Assembly (NCBI RefSeq): GCF_006345805.1 | Contig: NC_042997.1 | Coordinates: forward strand, 125,736,001-125,800,000 | Direction: 5' to 3' | Source of the DNA: Octopus sinensis | Lineage: Eukaryota | Length of the DNA: 64,000 nt | Part shown: one piece after another, positions 14,695 to 28,779 of the stretch | How positions within the stretch are numbered: position 1 is the first letter of the stretch | How the letters are laid out: the number at the start of each line of letters is the position of its first letter | Notes under the pieces: generated by a model | What the model saw: the letters and a program-made list of their open reading frames with translations, nothing else | Told to the model about the DNA's origin: nothing | Databases searched by the model: none | Translations under genes and position numbers: made by a program

Positions 14695-14926
14695 TACACA
14701 CACACATAGTATTGAAGCTTGAGAACAATCAGATACATTTGCAACACATCTGTTGAAAATATTATTGTTCACACACATACATATACATATATACATACAG
14801 ACAGACAGACAGATAGACACACACACACACACATGATCCAGCATGGCCACAACCTCAAGGCTGAAACATATAAAAGAATAACAGAATATAAATGTGTGCA
14901 TGTGTGTGAGAGAGAGAGTGTGTGTG

Positions 14927-14958
<32 letters not shown>

Positions 14959-15165
14959 TGTATGTATGTATGTATGTATGTATATATATAATAATGCGGT
15001 TTTTTCAACAGCTTGAACTAAAAGTCAGAGGGGAATGGGATAAACTACTTATATTAACTTGCTATAAAAGCAGGTAGTAATTTTATCTTGTCCTTATTCA
15101 TAGTGCAAGTTTTGAAGAGTGCATTTCGATTTTAACAGCTATTTTTTTCAAAGCTATATTGGAAC

Positions 15166-15420
15166 AGCCTAGAAGACGAGCCTCATCCTGAAAGATCTGT
15201 AGAACTCGACAAGGACATCCTGAAAACCCTGGTGGAACAAAATCTCATCGTAACTGTTGAGGAACTAGCAGAGAAGCTTGGATTTGGTCATTCAACCATT
15301 CATTGACACCTGTGTGCTATCGGAAAAGTCAGCAAATTGGGTCAATGGGTTCCTCACGAACTTTCCGAGTCTAATTGCATGCAGAGAGTGAATGTATGCT
15401 TTTCTTTGCTGTCACATCTC
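15166..15420 (+). mobile_element. Mariner transposase N-terminal fragment
   Basis: SLEDEPHPERSVELDKDILKTLVEQNLIVTVEELAEKLGFGHSTIH*HLCAIGKVSKLGQWVPHEL; WVPHEL at 15346-15363. Confidence 0.9.
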
Positions 15421-15441
15421 ACCACTACTGCGCTATGTATA

Positions 15442-16080
15442 TCTATATATATATAAAACTGTAGTTGTGTGAGTGTCTGTCCCCTTCGATTTAGATTCCT
15501 AACTACTCCCACATTTTGCGGTGCAGTTTAACCAAATTCGGGTAGCTTATAGTCGTGATTCATATCGAGCCCGTCTGAGTATTAGCGCGCGTCTACGATG
15601 AGTCTACGATTTTAAAAATAATTTAACATCATTTTTTATTCCATTTTTAATGCATAATTTTTCGTGTGTCGATGGCGGCGGAGTTGGCGTCCACGCTCAC
15701 ACCTGCACCTGTGGGGAAGGGAGTGTAAGGAAATCAACGTCGTAATGCGTTGTCAAGGAGACCAGCGTTCTTTTAGAACAACGACTTCATGGCTTGAAGA
15801 CACCAAAACAGAAATGGCTAAGAAAGCGTCTACATGAGTCTACGATTAAAAAAAAATTTACCATCGTTTTTTTTCCATGTTAATGCATTTTTTCGCTATT
15901 ATATAAGGGAAGTAACTCTCTAAAAATGTCTACGATGAGTCAACGATTTTTCAAAAAATTTACCATCATATTTTTTCCATTTTTAATGCATTTTTTGCTA
16001 TTTTTTGGCTATAACTCTCTAAAAATGCTTATATAGTTATTTCCCTTACAAACCCGAGCAACGCCGGGCGATACTGCTAG
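15442..16080 (+). mobile_element. Non-autonomous Helitron
   Basis: A|TCTATATATATATAAAACTGTAGTTG 5' end; CCCGAGCAACGCCGGG hairpin then CTAG|T 3' end. Confidence 0.85.
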
Positions 16081-16224
16081 TATATATATGTATATATAAG
16101 TACGTGTACTTTTGTTTGTATGTTTGTATGATAACATACGAAAGATAATGCTGGGAGTATTATCAGGTAATGCCACGTGAGTACAAGGAATACAGATTTA
16201 TTTTATTCAAATTTCTCGTTCCCT

Positions 16225-16460
16225 ATCGTTGGGATCAAATGGCAGAAGAAAATCTACCAGACTGGCATAATTAGCAGGGCAACGAGCCACATCCTGCACA
16301 AATGATTATTTTGTTGGCTTGCATATATCCGTTATTTGAATGAAAAGACCTGCTTAACGCTGGACTGACATCTGGCTCGAGAAGCAAAGGTCGTCCGCTC
16401 TTGAACTACAGGATGTGTAGAAGTGCCTCATGAAAGCGGTCAACACTTATCTTGGCACCT
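16225..16460 (+). mobile_element. Degenerate RTE LINE C-terminal fragment
   Basis: IKWQKKI and LTSGSRSKGRPLLNY resemble the RTE LYGEL..G.R..GRP..RY region. Confidence 0.45.
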
Positions 16461-16508
16461 GAGAAGCAATCTTAGCTGTCAGCTAGTAAATATTCCTAAC
16501 GTCTAAGA

Positions 16509-16657
16509 CAGTGATTCCCGACCTCTTTTATGGCCTGCACCCTAAAAACTTTTAATATGTTCTCGCATCCCTTAAAGTAATAATTTATATAACAATAAAT
16601 CCGGCCCTGCTCGCATCCACTGGAATGGTATCTCGTACCCCAGTCTGGGAAATCCTG
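16509..16657. mobile_element. hAT MITE
   Basis: CAGTGATTCCCG / TGGGAAATCCTG termini; perfect 8-bp TSD GTCTAAGA. Confidence 0.8.
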
Positions 16658-17754
16658 GTCTAAGAAGGAAATTTCACAATGTCACCCCCACTGCTACCAA
16701 TCAACTGGTCTTATTCACACCCTGTATTTTCTGTTAATTCATGGTTAATACCTATATATATCATAATCCTTTCTACTGTAGGTGCCTAAAACTTTGGGAG
16801 AGGAGGTAAGTCGATCACATCTACCTCAGTACTTGATTGGTACTTAATTTATCGACCCCGAAAGGATTAAGACAAAGTCGACCTCGGCGGAATTTGAACT
16901 CACAACGTAATGGCAGACGAAATACCTATTTCTTTACTACCCACAAGGGGCTAAACACAGAGGGGACGAACAAGGACAGACAAACGGACTAAGTCGATTA
17001 TATCGACCCTAGTGCGTAACTGGTACTTAATTTATCGACCCCGAGAGTCGACCTCGGCGGAATTCGAACTCAGAACGTAGCGGCAGACGAAATACCGTAA
17101 AGCATTTCGCCCGGCGTGCTAACGTTTCTGCCAGCTCGCCGCCTTAACCTATGTATATATCATAACATACTATGATGTCAGCAAATAGCCAGCTGATTTT
17201 AGCCCTTTGCCTATCTGCCGCCCGTCACTCAACCAATCGTTATTTCTCGTCTGTCTACCGTTATTGGAAGTTGTGTGATTTTGTTATGTAGTTTCTTCTG
17301 TTCAAATTCACTTTGATGCCATCAGCAGAAATGTCAACATGCCAGTCGATAGTTCGTTTGAAGATCCTTTCTTTTGGGACTTATGAACGCACAGTAGTTT
17401 GCATACTTTGAAACCTAGTCTTTTACAGACTGTATCATGTCTCGTGCCACCCGTATCGCACGTGGTCACTTCGCGCCCTTCCATAAAAATCAAGGATTTG
17501 ACAACAGCTCGACGATTATTGTAACATGTGAGACATTGAAAAAAGAACTTATCAAGCATCCTCCTATTTCACAGAAAAGGCACCTCCTTCAACTCCTGAT
17601 AACAGAAGAATTAGGGGATAAAAAGCTTTTCAGTGAAATAGCTCTTAGTGGTAATATTGAAAAACGAAATTTTTGAATAACGTTTTCTGAATCGCCTTCC
17701 GTTACGGATTTTACAGAATAGTTTGTCGGGCTCCTAAGTATTTCATTCTGAATA

Positions 17755-18234
17755 TCGTAAATCCTCGAGTATAATCCGCACTTTTTTCCCAAAATTTAAT
17801 GGTCAAAATCCTTAGTGCGTACTATATACGAGATTAAAAATGAAAAATATTTTCTAAGCAATGTCCGAGTCTCTATTGTCTCAATTGTCCGGCAATGTTT
17901 ATTCAGACGCATTTTGTGAAATACCTTAACTAAGCCTGAAAGCAATGAAGTCATAAAAGAATCATCCATAACTTGCAGTAAGCAACATTTATTAAAATAA
18001 AAGTATTCAGAACACAGAATAACATGTAACAAAATCAATTTGCAAGCATATTTACACTCCCATTATTGTATTACGCATGCGCGGAAGTGCTTGCGCTGCT
18101 GGCTTAATTACGCACGACTCAAGTTAGTGAAGTGGTGCGTATTATACACAAGGTTTAGGTTTTTCAGAGGTACAGCCCCCTAAAAATCCCCTGCGTATTA
18201 TACTCAAGGGCGGACTATACTCGAGGATTTACAG
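17755..18234. mobile_element. Tc1/mariner-superfamily (pogo/Tigger-like) MITE
   Basis: About 25-bp TIRs (TC/CT)GTAAATCCTCGAGTATA(A/G)TCCGC, TA on both sides. Confidence 0.8.
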
Positions 18235-19599
18235 TAAAATATTTGAACACTACAACATTTCACGTTTCTCCATCATTTCAGCTGGTTCCTCTGACCCTAA
18301 CCTTATTGCAGGTGAAAATACATCATCCCGGACTAATTTGACTTCATCACAGTCTAATATCAAGGTTCTGATTTCCTCGCCAGTGACTGAGACAAGGTCA
18401 GAACTCCAGCTCGTTATATGCAAGCGCTCTACTAAAAGATATTTTGCATTCTCTATTTCACATGTACAACTGCAAACTATCTCTCCGATAATCAGCCTAT
18501 CTGATTTACTGGTTTTAGCTTTACGCCCTTCTTAGTCTTCCATAGATTTTCCTGTCTCTATAGCGAGCACACACACACAATCAAATGTACACACACATAA
18601 ATTTATTGGTAGTTATTAGTAGTCGATCAGCTTTGTTCAGCGCTCCATGCTAAAATATTGTTGATCATGTGGCCCTTTTTGCATTAAATAGTTTCTAGTC
18701 TCGTGATTTTTTTTCTGAACATCGAAGGAAATACCTTAAGCTGAAACTGATTTATTGAAATTGCATCGAAGCGTTGAACTGGCCAATCACATCGGCTTCT
18801 CATCAACTGACTTCTGAGGCCTCTAGGCTATTATAACTTCTTAGAACCAAAGATTGATCGCAGATTCGCTGTGACAGCAGCTTACAGAACAGATGCACAT
18901 GTTGAATCTTGCACAAATCTTAACACAAATGCCAATAATTATAGTATTCCACTTTGCACATAAATTCTCACTAATATAATCAACAATCGCATGAATTTCC
19001 TACTAAATTCCGTTGCGCATTATAGACTGTGCTTTTCGTCCCACTCAGAATACATACACTGTCACAAATAACCAATACAAGATTTACTTTTCGAACTCAC
19101 GAACTTTACTGAAGGAGTGAACGGTGAGCAATTTTTTTCTGGCTCCTCTAAAGAATAATATTGAACAGATATTCCTCAAAATATGTGTTTCTACTAAAGG
19201 CACAAGCCCGGAAATTTGGGAGAGTGGTCTCGTCGATTACATCGATCCCAGTGTTCAACTGGTACTTATTTTATCGACCCCTTATCCTCACGCAAGTTTG
19301 TCTTATGAGGATTGTTTTGTATTGAGGATTGTTTTGTGTTGAGGAGTGTGTTGTTGTTGTTGTTGTTAAGCAACAAGTCGGGTAAGGTTGATTAGGTGAT
19401 GGTTTAGGGCTTAGGGGCGGGAGACCCCAGACCTTGGAAAAAAAAAACTTTGGTCGTCTTGTAGTCGAAGGCTCTTCGTTGACGCCCGACACCACTGGGA
19501 GGTGGCCCTCGAAGTCGCTGGAAGTGGAGATCTCCAGGTCCAAATTCTTGAACGGCTGAGGAGTGTGTTGTACTGCTTTGCAGCAGTTTTTGTATGTGA

Positions 19600-20165
19600 C
19601 GCCATCTTTATTTGGTGGCCTGTGACAGATGAGCGAAATGAAGAGCTATGCAGCAGCAACGGGAAGTCAGGGTTCTGTCGTCCCGGGTATGCTGAAACAG
19701 AATGAACTGCATTGTAATTTAGACCTACTCCGGAAATATCAATATATGGTAAAGAGGGAGGGGTCGAACACAAAATTAACCCCACCACATGAAGACAAGG
19801 TGAAGATGGAAAGTAGAGTGATAATTCATAGAAATTTTTCGACAAAAACTAAGAAACTCGAGAAAGCAATGCAGGAGGAGGTGGACGAATGTCTGAAAAA
19901 ATTAAAGGAAAGCATAACGTTTTATACCAGAGGGAAAAAATACGCTTCAGTGGCAGTTACCTTTGTCTAAGAAGAGGAGACAAAAAGACACTCCACTAAG
20001 GTCTACATGGAGAAAAATGGACACTCCTGCTCACTTACCTGGGTAAACGAGTTACCAGAATTAGGGTGATCAGGATCCCACCTAGAATCGATCAGAATGG
20101 ATAATAGCGGCAATTTTCACCGCAAGAAAGAAAGGAGACAACGAGGAGGTGAAAATAATAATGAT
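19600..20165 (+). mobile_element. Probable ORF1 (gag-like) remnant of an L1/Tx1-like LINE
   Basis: MSEMKSYAAATG start, then after frameshift LTYLGKRVTRIRVIRIPPRID (RRM-like segment seen in LINE ORF1); family assignment is inference. Confidence 0.45.
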
Positions 20166-20169
20166 AAAC

Positions 20170-20445
20170 CGGACCCAACAGTCCCCAGATCTCAATATTA
20201 TTGAACATGGTGCATTATAGAAAAACATGTAATGAGTCGATATCCCCCACCATCATCACTACAAGAACTGGAGACCGTTTTAGCTGAAGAATGGGCAAAA
20301 ATTCCTTTGGAAACAACTCAAACTTTGTACGAGTCCATACCCCGTAGAATTCAAGCTGTAATTACTGCCAAAGGTGGTCCTACCCCATATTAAAATAGAA
20401 TTGTTTGAAATTTTAAGGTGTTTCCATTATTTTGTCCAACCCCTG
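20170..20445 (+). mobile_element. Tc1 transposase C-terminus and right TIR
   Basis: QSPDLNIIEH..SRYPPPSSLQEL..EEWAKIP..LYESIPRRIQAVITAKGGPTPY*; TIR reverse complement CAGGGGTTGGACAAAATAATGGAAAC followed by TA. Confidence 0.88.
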
Positions 20446-20599
20446 TATGTATATTGTTTTTAACAGCTGGAAGTAGATAAAACTATAAATAATAGCTTTA
20501 TTATTTATAGCTTTTTCCACCCAATGGTTTTTAATCTATTAAAAACCCTTGGGTGGAAAAAAGTTGAAAGCTGCAACGTGCATGTTTAACTATCGAATA

Positions 20600-21400
20600 T
20601 CATTGACCAATCTCCTTCACACTTCCCTGTCTTCTCTCATCTCTACTACACAATCTTTTTAAAGCTCTTATTCACCAGTAACTTCTGCGTAGATATTCGA
20701 CAAGATCTGCCTTTTCTTCTTTAACAATGTCTTGGTTTCCATAGTAATAGCTAACGTACAACCATTTTTTTTTCTCCAACAGTGCCCATATTACTTGAGC
20801 TTGACTTGTTTGATGGTTTCTGTTAATAATGGTATATTCCCATACAATACATTGTTCCATAAATGTTACCCTCAAAAAACGTTCTTCACTCTCTTTAAAA
20901 TTTTGACATACGTTCCATTTAATCAGCTTTGAATTATTTTCGTAAGTGTCCAGCATTCAGATACAGATATCAATATACTTTCTCCAGCAGCACAAAAAAA
21001 TCCGTATTTTGAGGCCATTAGATACATTTGGCTCTGATATTGCGGACATCTTGTTCATTGCTGACCATGCCAATTCAATTCTTATTTCATACTGTTTCTT
21101 TGAGCTTGCTTTCTATTCATAATCCTAGACATTTGAGCACATTTACAAATTTCAAGTTTGCACCCTTTGATGATGTGATGTATTCTTTTCGTTGACTGAA
21201 AGCCATGAACTCAATTTTACTGTCATTAGCATATAGTCCGATCTGTTTCGAAGCTTCCCCAATTCGTTAAGGTAGTAGCTGACAGCGTTAGAAGCAATAG
21301 CTATATCATCTGCATAATCTGTATCAATAATTATATTTTAAGAATAACGTCTCCGTTTTGAGGACCTGTTTGGAAACCTGCCTTGAATATTGGTATCAAA
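20600..21400 (-). mobile_element. Old non-LTR retrotransposon RT fragment (RTE-like)
   Basis: DYADDIAI at 21305-21316; RIELAWSAMNKM; ECWTLTK; many stops and frameshifts. Confidence 0.65.
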
Positions 21401-22498
21401 TTTTGACATAAGGTCAGTAATTCTTAAAAAGCATCATACTGTTGTTGATTTTTAACTGCAATAACTGATAAACGCTTTATGCCTCTAAATTGTTTAGTAT
21501 AACCAATGTTACCAATATCGGCTACGTCTAGATGTAAAGTTTTGTTACAGACTTCAAGTTATGAATCACAGAGTTTTCCAAACTTTTACTGACATATTGT
21601 CAAGACCCGGTGCCTTGCCAATAGAAAGGTACTCGATACAATTCTTTGGTTCTTCTTTGATAAAATCATTTGTAACTATAGTAAGGTTTATTTCAAAACA
21701 TTAATGGCTAGTTGGTTGATTGGTTGGTTGGTTGGCTGGTTGGCCGGTCGGTCGGTCAATCGGTCGGTTGGTTGGTCGGTCGGTTGGCTGGTTAGTTGGT
21801 CTATGATGTCAGGTAGCTGTCCAAGGTTAGAAAAGTGTTTCGATTTTTTTCTAATTCTGCTATCTTTAGGGTTGTTTGCATTTAGTTTTCTTCCAGTGAC
21901 TTTCTTTCTCCCTGTTATTTCATTCACAGTTGCCCGTGTTAGAAATTATTATTGGTTTTCTGAAACAATTTATATTACATTAATATTTATCCGGAAGACA
22001 AGCTTCAAGTTCTTGTTTATAGATTTCATTTACTTGACGTTTCGTATTTTTCCAACGTTGCTTTTTGTTAGCTCACACGATTTTACTTATTTTACATGTA
22101 GTTTTATATACTTCCTTCAATTCTCTCTTCTTAATTATCTCCTTACTTTCCCATGAGATAAGTTGTTGGTTTTTTTCCTTCTACTTCTAGAATATTCCCT
22201 TATGCTGCCTTTTCTTGCGTATTTCCGATGTTATTTTAAATGGAGTTGACATTATTAACGTCATCAAAAATCTGTAACGGTTCGAAGCAATTTTTAATAA
22301 CAACTTTTATTCTTTATCTTTTACTTGTTTCAGTCATTAGACTGCGGCCATGCTAGAGCACCGCTTAGAAGAATTTTTGGTTGATTGGATCGACACCAGT
22401 GTTTTTTGGTTTTCTTTTTTATATATATATAGTCTGGTACTTATTCCATTTGTTTCTTTTGCCGAACCGCTAACAGGGACGCAAACACACACACACAC

Positions 22499-22546
<48 letters not shown>

Positions 22547-22765
22547 TATATACTCTTTTACTTCTTTCAGTCATTTGACTGTGGCCATGTTGGAGCACCA
22601 CCTTTAGTCGAGCAAATCGACCCCAGGACTTATTCCTTGTAAGCCTGCTACTTATTCTATCGGCCTCTTTTGCCGAACCTCTAAGTTACAGGGACGTAAA
22701 CACACCAGCATCGGTTGTCAAGCGATGTTGGGGGGACAAACACAGACACACAAACATATACACAC

Positions 22766-22838
<73 letters not shown>

Positions 22839-24149
22839 TACGACGGGTTTCTTTCAGTTTCCGTCTACCAAATCCACTCACAAGGTTTTGGTCGGCCCGA
22901 AGCTATAGTAGAAGACACTTGCCCAAGGTGCCACGCAGTGGGACTGAACCCAGATCCATTTGTTGGTAAGCAAGCTACTGACCACACAGCCACTCCTGCG
23001 CTGCAGTTCATAGCATTATTTTCCCTTTTTTTTGTTGTTGTTGTTGATTCTAATATAATTCACTTGTATTGTAGTGTTATTTGGATATTTTTTCCTTTTC
23101 GTATTGTGCACTCGAATCAGGACGAGTTAAGACCCATAGAAGCCCTAAGCACTTAAAAGATTTTGATGCCCCCCATATATATATGTAATTTGATATATAA
23201 ACAATAATAAACCATATTTCTTTTTTTTTTTTTTTCGAAATGAATCAAAACCAACAGCAAGATGGAAGATAATGTTTTTGTATATTTCTACTTTATTTAT
23301 ATTTGAAAAGTTTTCTCTTACTTTTTTTAATAGCAAAGTCTTTGGTCAAATCCTCAAAACTGATCATACGTAACACATCTGCTTCTATATTTAGTAGAGA
23401 TGAGGCACCCTGAATACTATTTTAGCAAGTTTAAGGTGATTTCTTTTGTATCGTAAACTATTTACCATTTCTGTGGTCTCCCCCCCCCCTTCCTTTGATA
23501 TCCTAAGCACTTGCTTATTTTGCTTAATGTCAAATAGAGTGCTTAGCTGGAATGTTTTATTGTATAGAATAATATAATCCAATGCTGATTCAAAATGAGG
23601 GGTTATTTGTCATTTCTTATTTCTTTATTGTCCCCAACGGGCTAAACATAGAAGGGACAAACAAGGACAGACAAACGGATTAAGTCGATTACATCGACCC
23701 CAGTGCGTAACTAGTACTTATTTGATCGACTCCGAAAGGATGAAAGGCAAAGTCGACCTCGGCGGAATTCGAACTCAGAACGTAACGGCAGACGAAATAC
23801 CTATTTCTTTACAACCCATAAGGGGCTAAACACAGAGGGGACAAACAAGGACAGACAAACGGATTAAGTCGATTACATCGACCCCAGTGCATAATTGGTA
23901 CTTAATTTATCGACTCCGAAAGGATGAAAGGCAAAGTCGACCTCAGCAGAATTTGAACTCAGAACGTAACGGCAGACTAAATACCGCTAAGCATTTCGTC
24001 CGACGTGGAAAGTTAATCCCTTAGCATTTCCTTGCTCAAGTTTTGTCTTCATATCACCTCCAATAATTTTGTCATTGTGTTTGAGAATTACTTTAGATAG
24101 ATCAGTGAGATTGTGATAAAAATGAAACATGTCTTGCTCATGTGTTGCA

Positions 24150-24680
24150 TATGTGGCACATTAACATGAGTTTACAGTTATGCTTGAATTCACATTAAAC
24201 GAAGCAGTCACTATACGAGGAGTGTTACTTACATCTGAATACAATGCTTTGTAAGCCCTTGGACTTAGAAGTAACCATACACCTCTGAGATCTGAATTGT
24301 TTCCAGCATTTTCTGCTAAACTCGTTAGCGTTTGGCAAGCTGGCAAGTTAGAAATCTTGCGAGTGAATTTCAACGCATATGGATCTAGCTCTTAACAAAA
24401 TACTCCCGATATATAAAAATGTATCCACGACCTCTAATCTGATGTCATTCCCGAAGATGTTTGGCTCAATGTAAGGGTGACCTGGTGCAGGAATAAACAA
24501 AAGTGTTATTTTCTTCATGATGACAGTGAGACCAAGTGCAACACTTACTAGCATGCAAGTAAGTAGTTTTCAGTCTAAACAACAAAACTGGCATCGTCTG
24601 AGCAAAGCTGCTTTTCAATCAATCTTCCAACTGTCTTAGAAGTACAGTTGAATCTCCTTAGGCTAAAGACCTTTCTTGTT
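24150..24680 (-). mobile_element. Adjacent LINE fragments (RTE RT thumb 24350-24680; APE endonuclease 24150-24340)
   Basis: PAPGHPYIEPNIF..RLEVVDTFLYIGS; GVWLLLSPRAYKAL..PRIVTASFNVNSSITVNSC. Confidence 0.6.
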
Positions 24681-26485
24681 GCTCAATGCCTTAAGTGGAA
24701 GTGTGGCGGGATACTTTACGATGCTTCTCTATTTTCAACAGCCATACATACATACACGCATACATACATACATACATACATGCATGCATGCATACATGCA
24801 TACACACATGCATGCATACATACATGCATGCATACATACATACAAGTATTTACTAACATGACTTGCCAAAATGAATGCGTGTGTGTATCTACAGATGTGT
24901 GTATATGTGTGTGCGCGTGTGTGTATAGTGCGCGTGTATGTATAGTGCGCATGGTGTGCGTGTGTATGTGTGTATAGATAGACAAACAGATAACTACATA
25001 GATAGATACATACATATAGACAGACAGGCAGATAGATAGATACATACATACATTTATACATACATTGACAGATAGATAGATAGATGGATAGATAGATAGA
25101 CTTTGAAGAAAAATAATCACACGTGCTCAAGCAAAGGAAGTTAGTAGCGAATGAGAGCATGTCGCACGTGTGTGTTTGCATGTGTGTGTGTGTGTGTGTA
25201 CGTGCGTCCATGTGTGTGCGCGCGCATGTACGTGTGTATATGTGTGTTATGTTGGCATTGAGCCACCTGTAGTTCCTAAGTTTAGGTTATTGTTCTGTCC
25301 AACGTCAAATCTTAGCATGCAGAATTATGAGCAAAGTCATTCTCGACCAGCTAAAGACGTCAGCCAATTTTTCCTTAAATCACACCTTTCGGTCTTAGGA
25401 AAAACTCTGTGGATGAGAGGGAAAAAGTTTTTTTCTTTTCTCTCATCCTATCGTCCTATTTTAGCTTGTTATTCCATGTTGGCCCGATGATTGCATGAAG
25501 GTACCAGACGTGTTTAAAAATGTCATCCGGGATGTTTTCATCGCATGAAACTGTTAGTAAGTCATAAAAATATATATTGTGTTTTCTAAATAATATTTAT
25601 CTCTCACCAGATTGGGTACTCATTTGTTTTTTTTTTTTTGTTAATCTTACCATCACGGAACAGTACACTAGATAGATTAAGAGAGACAGACAGACAGACA
25701 GATCAGTGTGTTTCATCCTTAATGTATAAGCATACATCGTTGGCTAGCAAGTTACTGTGGTATTCGTCAAAGATAACATCTCTTATGGACGTGTTGTGTT
25801 AAAATAGAAAAAAAATTTTATAGGAAGATGAAAATCGTCATAACAGCGGCTAACGGGAATGCTATAAGCATTTCACTCTTCTGAGCCTCGTCAGTGACGT
25901 GACGGATTTTTATTCAGCCACGATATCGGTGAATGTTTTATTCGCTGTTTCCTTTATAAGAAGTGACAATTCTAAGCATGTAGCTGGCTATGAGTGCACA
26001 CATTGATAAGATTCAAATGGCTCGAAATACATCTCTTTCAATTTCTTTAAAATATAGCCGTATTTTGTGTCTGTACATGTGCTGTAAAACAGGAAAGAAG
26101 TCTCAATAGAAAACACATCTGCTTTTGTACTTAGTAGATATAAGATATTCCCCTATATTTTAGCAAGTTTAAGGTGGTTTCTTTTGTGCCGTAAACCATT
26201 TACTATTTCTGTGGTGTTTCCCTTCCTTTGATGCTCTAAGAAAACCAATCAGCTGTAAATAGGTGACCCCTAAGACAGACGGACGTTTTGTTCACGAGGA
26301 ATGTTGGGCCTGACCACCTAGCCAGCGAGACAGCATCATTTGGAAACCATAACAATTCGAGAAAGCGCATTGTGATCAGCGATGTATCACAACATCTGAT
26401 ACACACACGCACACACACATACATACGTAAATACACACATACATACATACATACATACATACACATACATACATACATACATACA

Positions 26486-26516
<31 letters not shown>

Positions 26517-26919
26517 CCAAGGATCGAAGTGTGAGAAGAAAGTTAGCTTCATCAAATCCGTAGTAAATATAAACAACAACTTTCAGGGACAATAGCAGTT
26601 TATTGAGACGGAAGGTTGTGGATTTTTTTTCTTATCGAAGTACGATAAATTGAAAAAAAATTCTTTATATTTCACGGTGGGCAACCAGGGTTTTACTCTT
26701 TTACTCTTTTACTTGTTTCAGTCATTTGAATGTGGCCATGGTGGAGCACCGCCTTTAGTCGAGCAAATCGACCCCAGCAGTTATTCTTTGTAAACATAGT
26801 ACTTATTCTATCGGTCTCTTTTGCCGAACCGCTAAGTTACGGGGACGTAAACACACCAGCATCGGTTGTCGAGCGATGTTGGGAGGACAAACACAGACGC
26901 ACAAACATACACGCACATA

Positions 26920-26973
<54 letters not shown>

Positions 26974-27180
26974 TACATATACATATATACGACGGGCTTT
27001 TTTCAGTTTCCATCTACCAAATCCACTCACAAGGTTTTGGTCGGCCCGAGGCTATAGTAGAAGACACTTACCCAAGGTGCCACGCAGTGGGACTGAACCT
27101 GGAACCATGTGGTTGGTAAGCAAGCTACTTACCACGCAGCCACTCCTACGTCTATATGCGAATAAGAATACAAGAGTTAA

Positions 27181-27545
27181 TGAATGGAGTAGATAGTGTC
27201 CGGGCTACATGTTTCATTGCGAACGGAACCGTGGAAGTGGTTAATATCCAAGCGAGGTATACTGCAGGCTATGCTTCAGGCCAAGGATATCTTGATTAAA
27301 TGAAAGTTTACATTGTTACAAGGACTTACACATGGAAAATTCAGTCAGAATGTGATTGGATTTTTCTGATTGAATTTTCCATGTGGTAACATATACCTCC
27401 TCGCCACAATGTTAACTTTCATTTAATCAAGATATCCTTGGCTTGGAGAGCAGCCTGCGGTATACACCTCGCTTGGATATTAACCACTTCCGAGGTTCCG
27501 CTCGCTTTGAAATATATGTAGACCGGATCTTATCTACTCCATTCC
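27181..27545. mobile_element. Fold-back MITE with TTAA-like flanks (Kolobok- or Crypton-like, tentative)
   Basis: About 140-bp diverged inverted arms plus inner hairpin; TTAA left and TTGA right; termini (T)GAATGG...CCATTCC. Confidence 0.65.
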
Positions 27546-27551
27546 TTGACT

Positions 27552-27607
<56 letters not shown>

Positions 27608-27628
27608 TGTGTGTTGATGGATGTACAT

Positions 27629-28135
27629 ATTTTTATTTATTTCATCTAGTTTTAGCTCACGAGCTGTGGCCATGCTGGGGCTAGGCCATTTGGTGTTGCT
27701 ACATGATTTTACTTCACGAATGCTTTTTAGCAATTGACATTTGGTGCAAGAGAGAGTTTGATGCAGCTACCCTCATCTGCACCTCCTGCCGCGAAGTTGG
27801 TTCATCTGGGACACCTGACAGGAAGAGGTCCAGCTTTAATTTGAAGACACCTACATCCACCCCATGCAGGTTTCTCAGGTCCTTCGGGAGGATATTGAAG
27901 AGCTGTGGACCTCTGAAGCCCAGGCTATTGCAGTATCTTGTCCTACATCTTGATGGCAAATTTGGAGTCCTTGGCACTATGCAGTGGCGCCCATTTCTAG
28001 TATTTATGTAACTCTCGATGCCAAAGTTTGGGACAAGTCCTTCCAGGATCTTCCAGATGTATATTATGTCATATCTTTCTCGCCTACTCTCTAAGGAATA
28101 GTCTTAATCTCTTGAGTCTTTCCCAATAGCTCATA
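27629..28135 (-). mobile_element. CR1-clade LINE ORF2 C-terminal fragment with 3' end
   Basis: SYWERLKRL..SLE.RRERYDIIYIWKILEG, RGPQLFNILPKDLRN, FKLKLDLFLSGVPDEP; 3' tail CCAGCATGGCCACAG... Confidence 0.85.
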
Positions 28136-28779
28136 TGCTACATAGAGGCTATCTTCTTCGTGTAGCATATATGTATGTATGTGTGTGTGTATGTATGTAT
28201 GTATGTATGTATGTATGTATGTATGTATGTATGTATGTATGTATGTATGTATGTATGTATGTATGCACATACATCGAGTAAGAGAGAGAAGATCGTATAT
28301 GTGTGTATGGAGAGTTAGATGGACAGATGGATGTACATCATTTCACAAGTTATATTATAGTGTCGTGACATAATTATGACTATGAGAAATTGGAAGAAAA
28401 TACTTTCGTCTTCTAACATTATATTTGTGAAAAGAGACAGGTTAAGAAAGAAGCCTAAAGAATAATCGATTATTCCAAGTAACAATTCTGAAGGAAAGAT
28501 ATGACCTTAAGTGAAGTTAATATACAATAATACGTTGATACTTCACAGTCATACTGAAGCAACTTACTTCATTTATAGTCAAGCGTTATATTATCATGTC
28601 ATTACTCTTGGTTGTCTCGTCTGTTAGCTTGAAAGATAATTATACTCGAGTATATATCATTAACTAGAAAACCGTCATGATGTGTTGGGACAATACGATG
28701 TTTGTATAACAGTCAAGGATGAATCAACCAATGAGTCATTGCGTGGCTAGAAATAACAGTGAAAATCTTCCCCTTAAAT

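Noticed and set aside
17437-17676. ORF with HPPIS resembling mariner HPPYSPD
   Set aside because: Single weak motif; no supporting catalytic residues.
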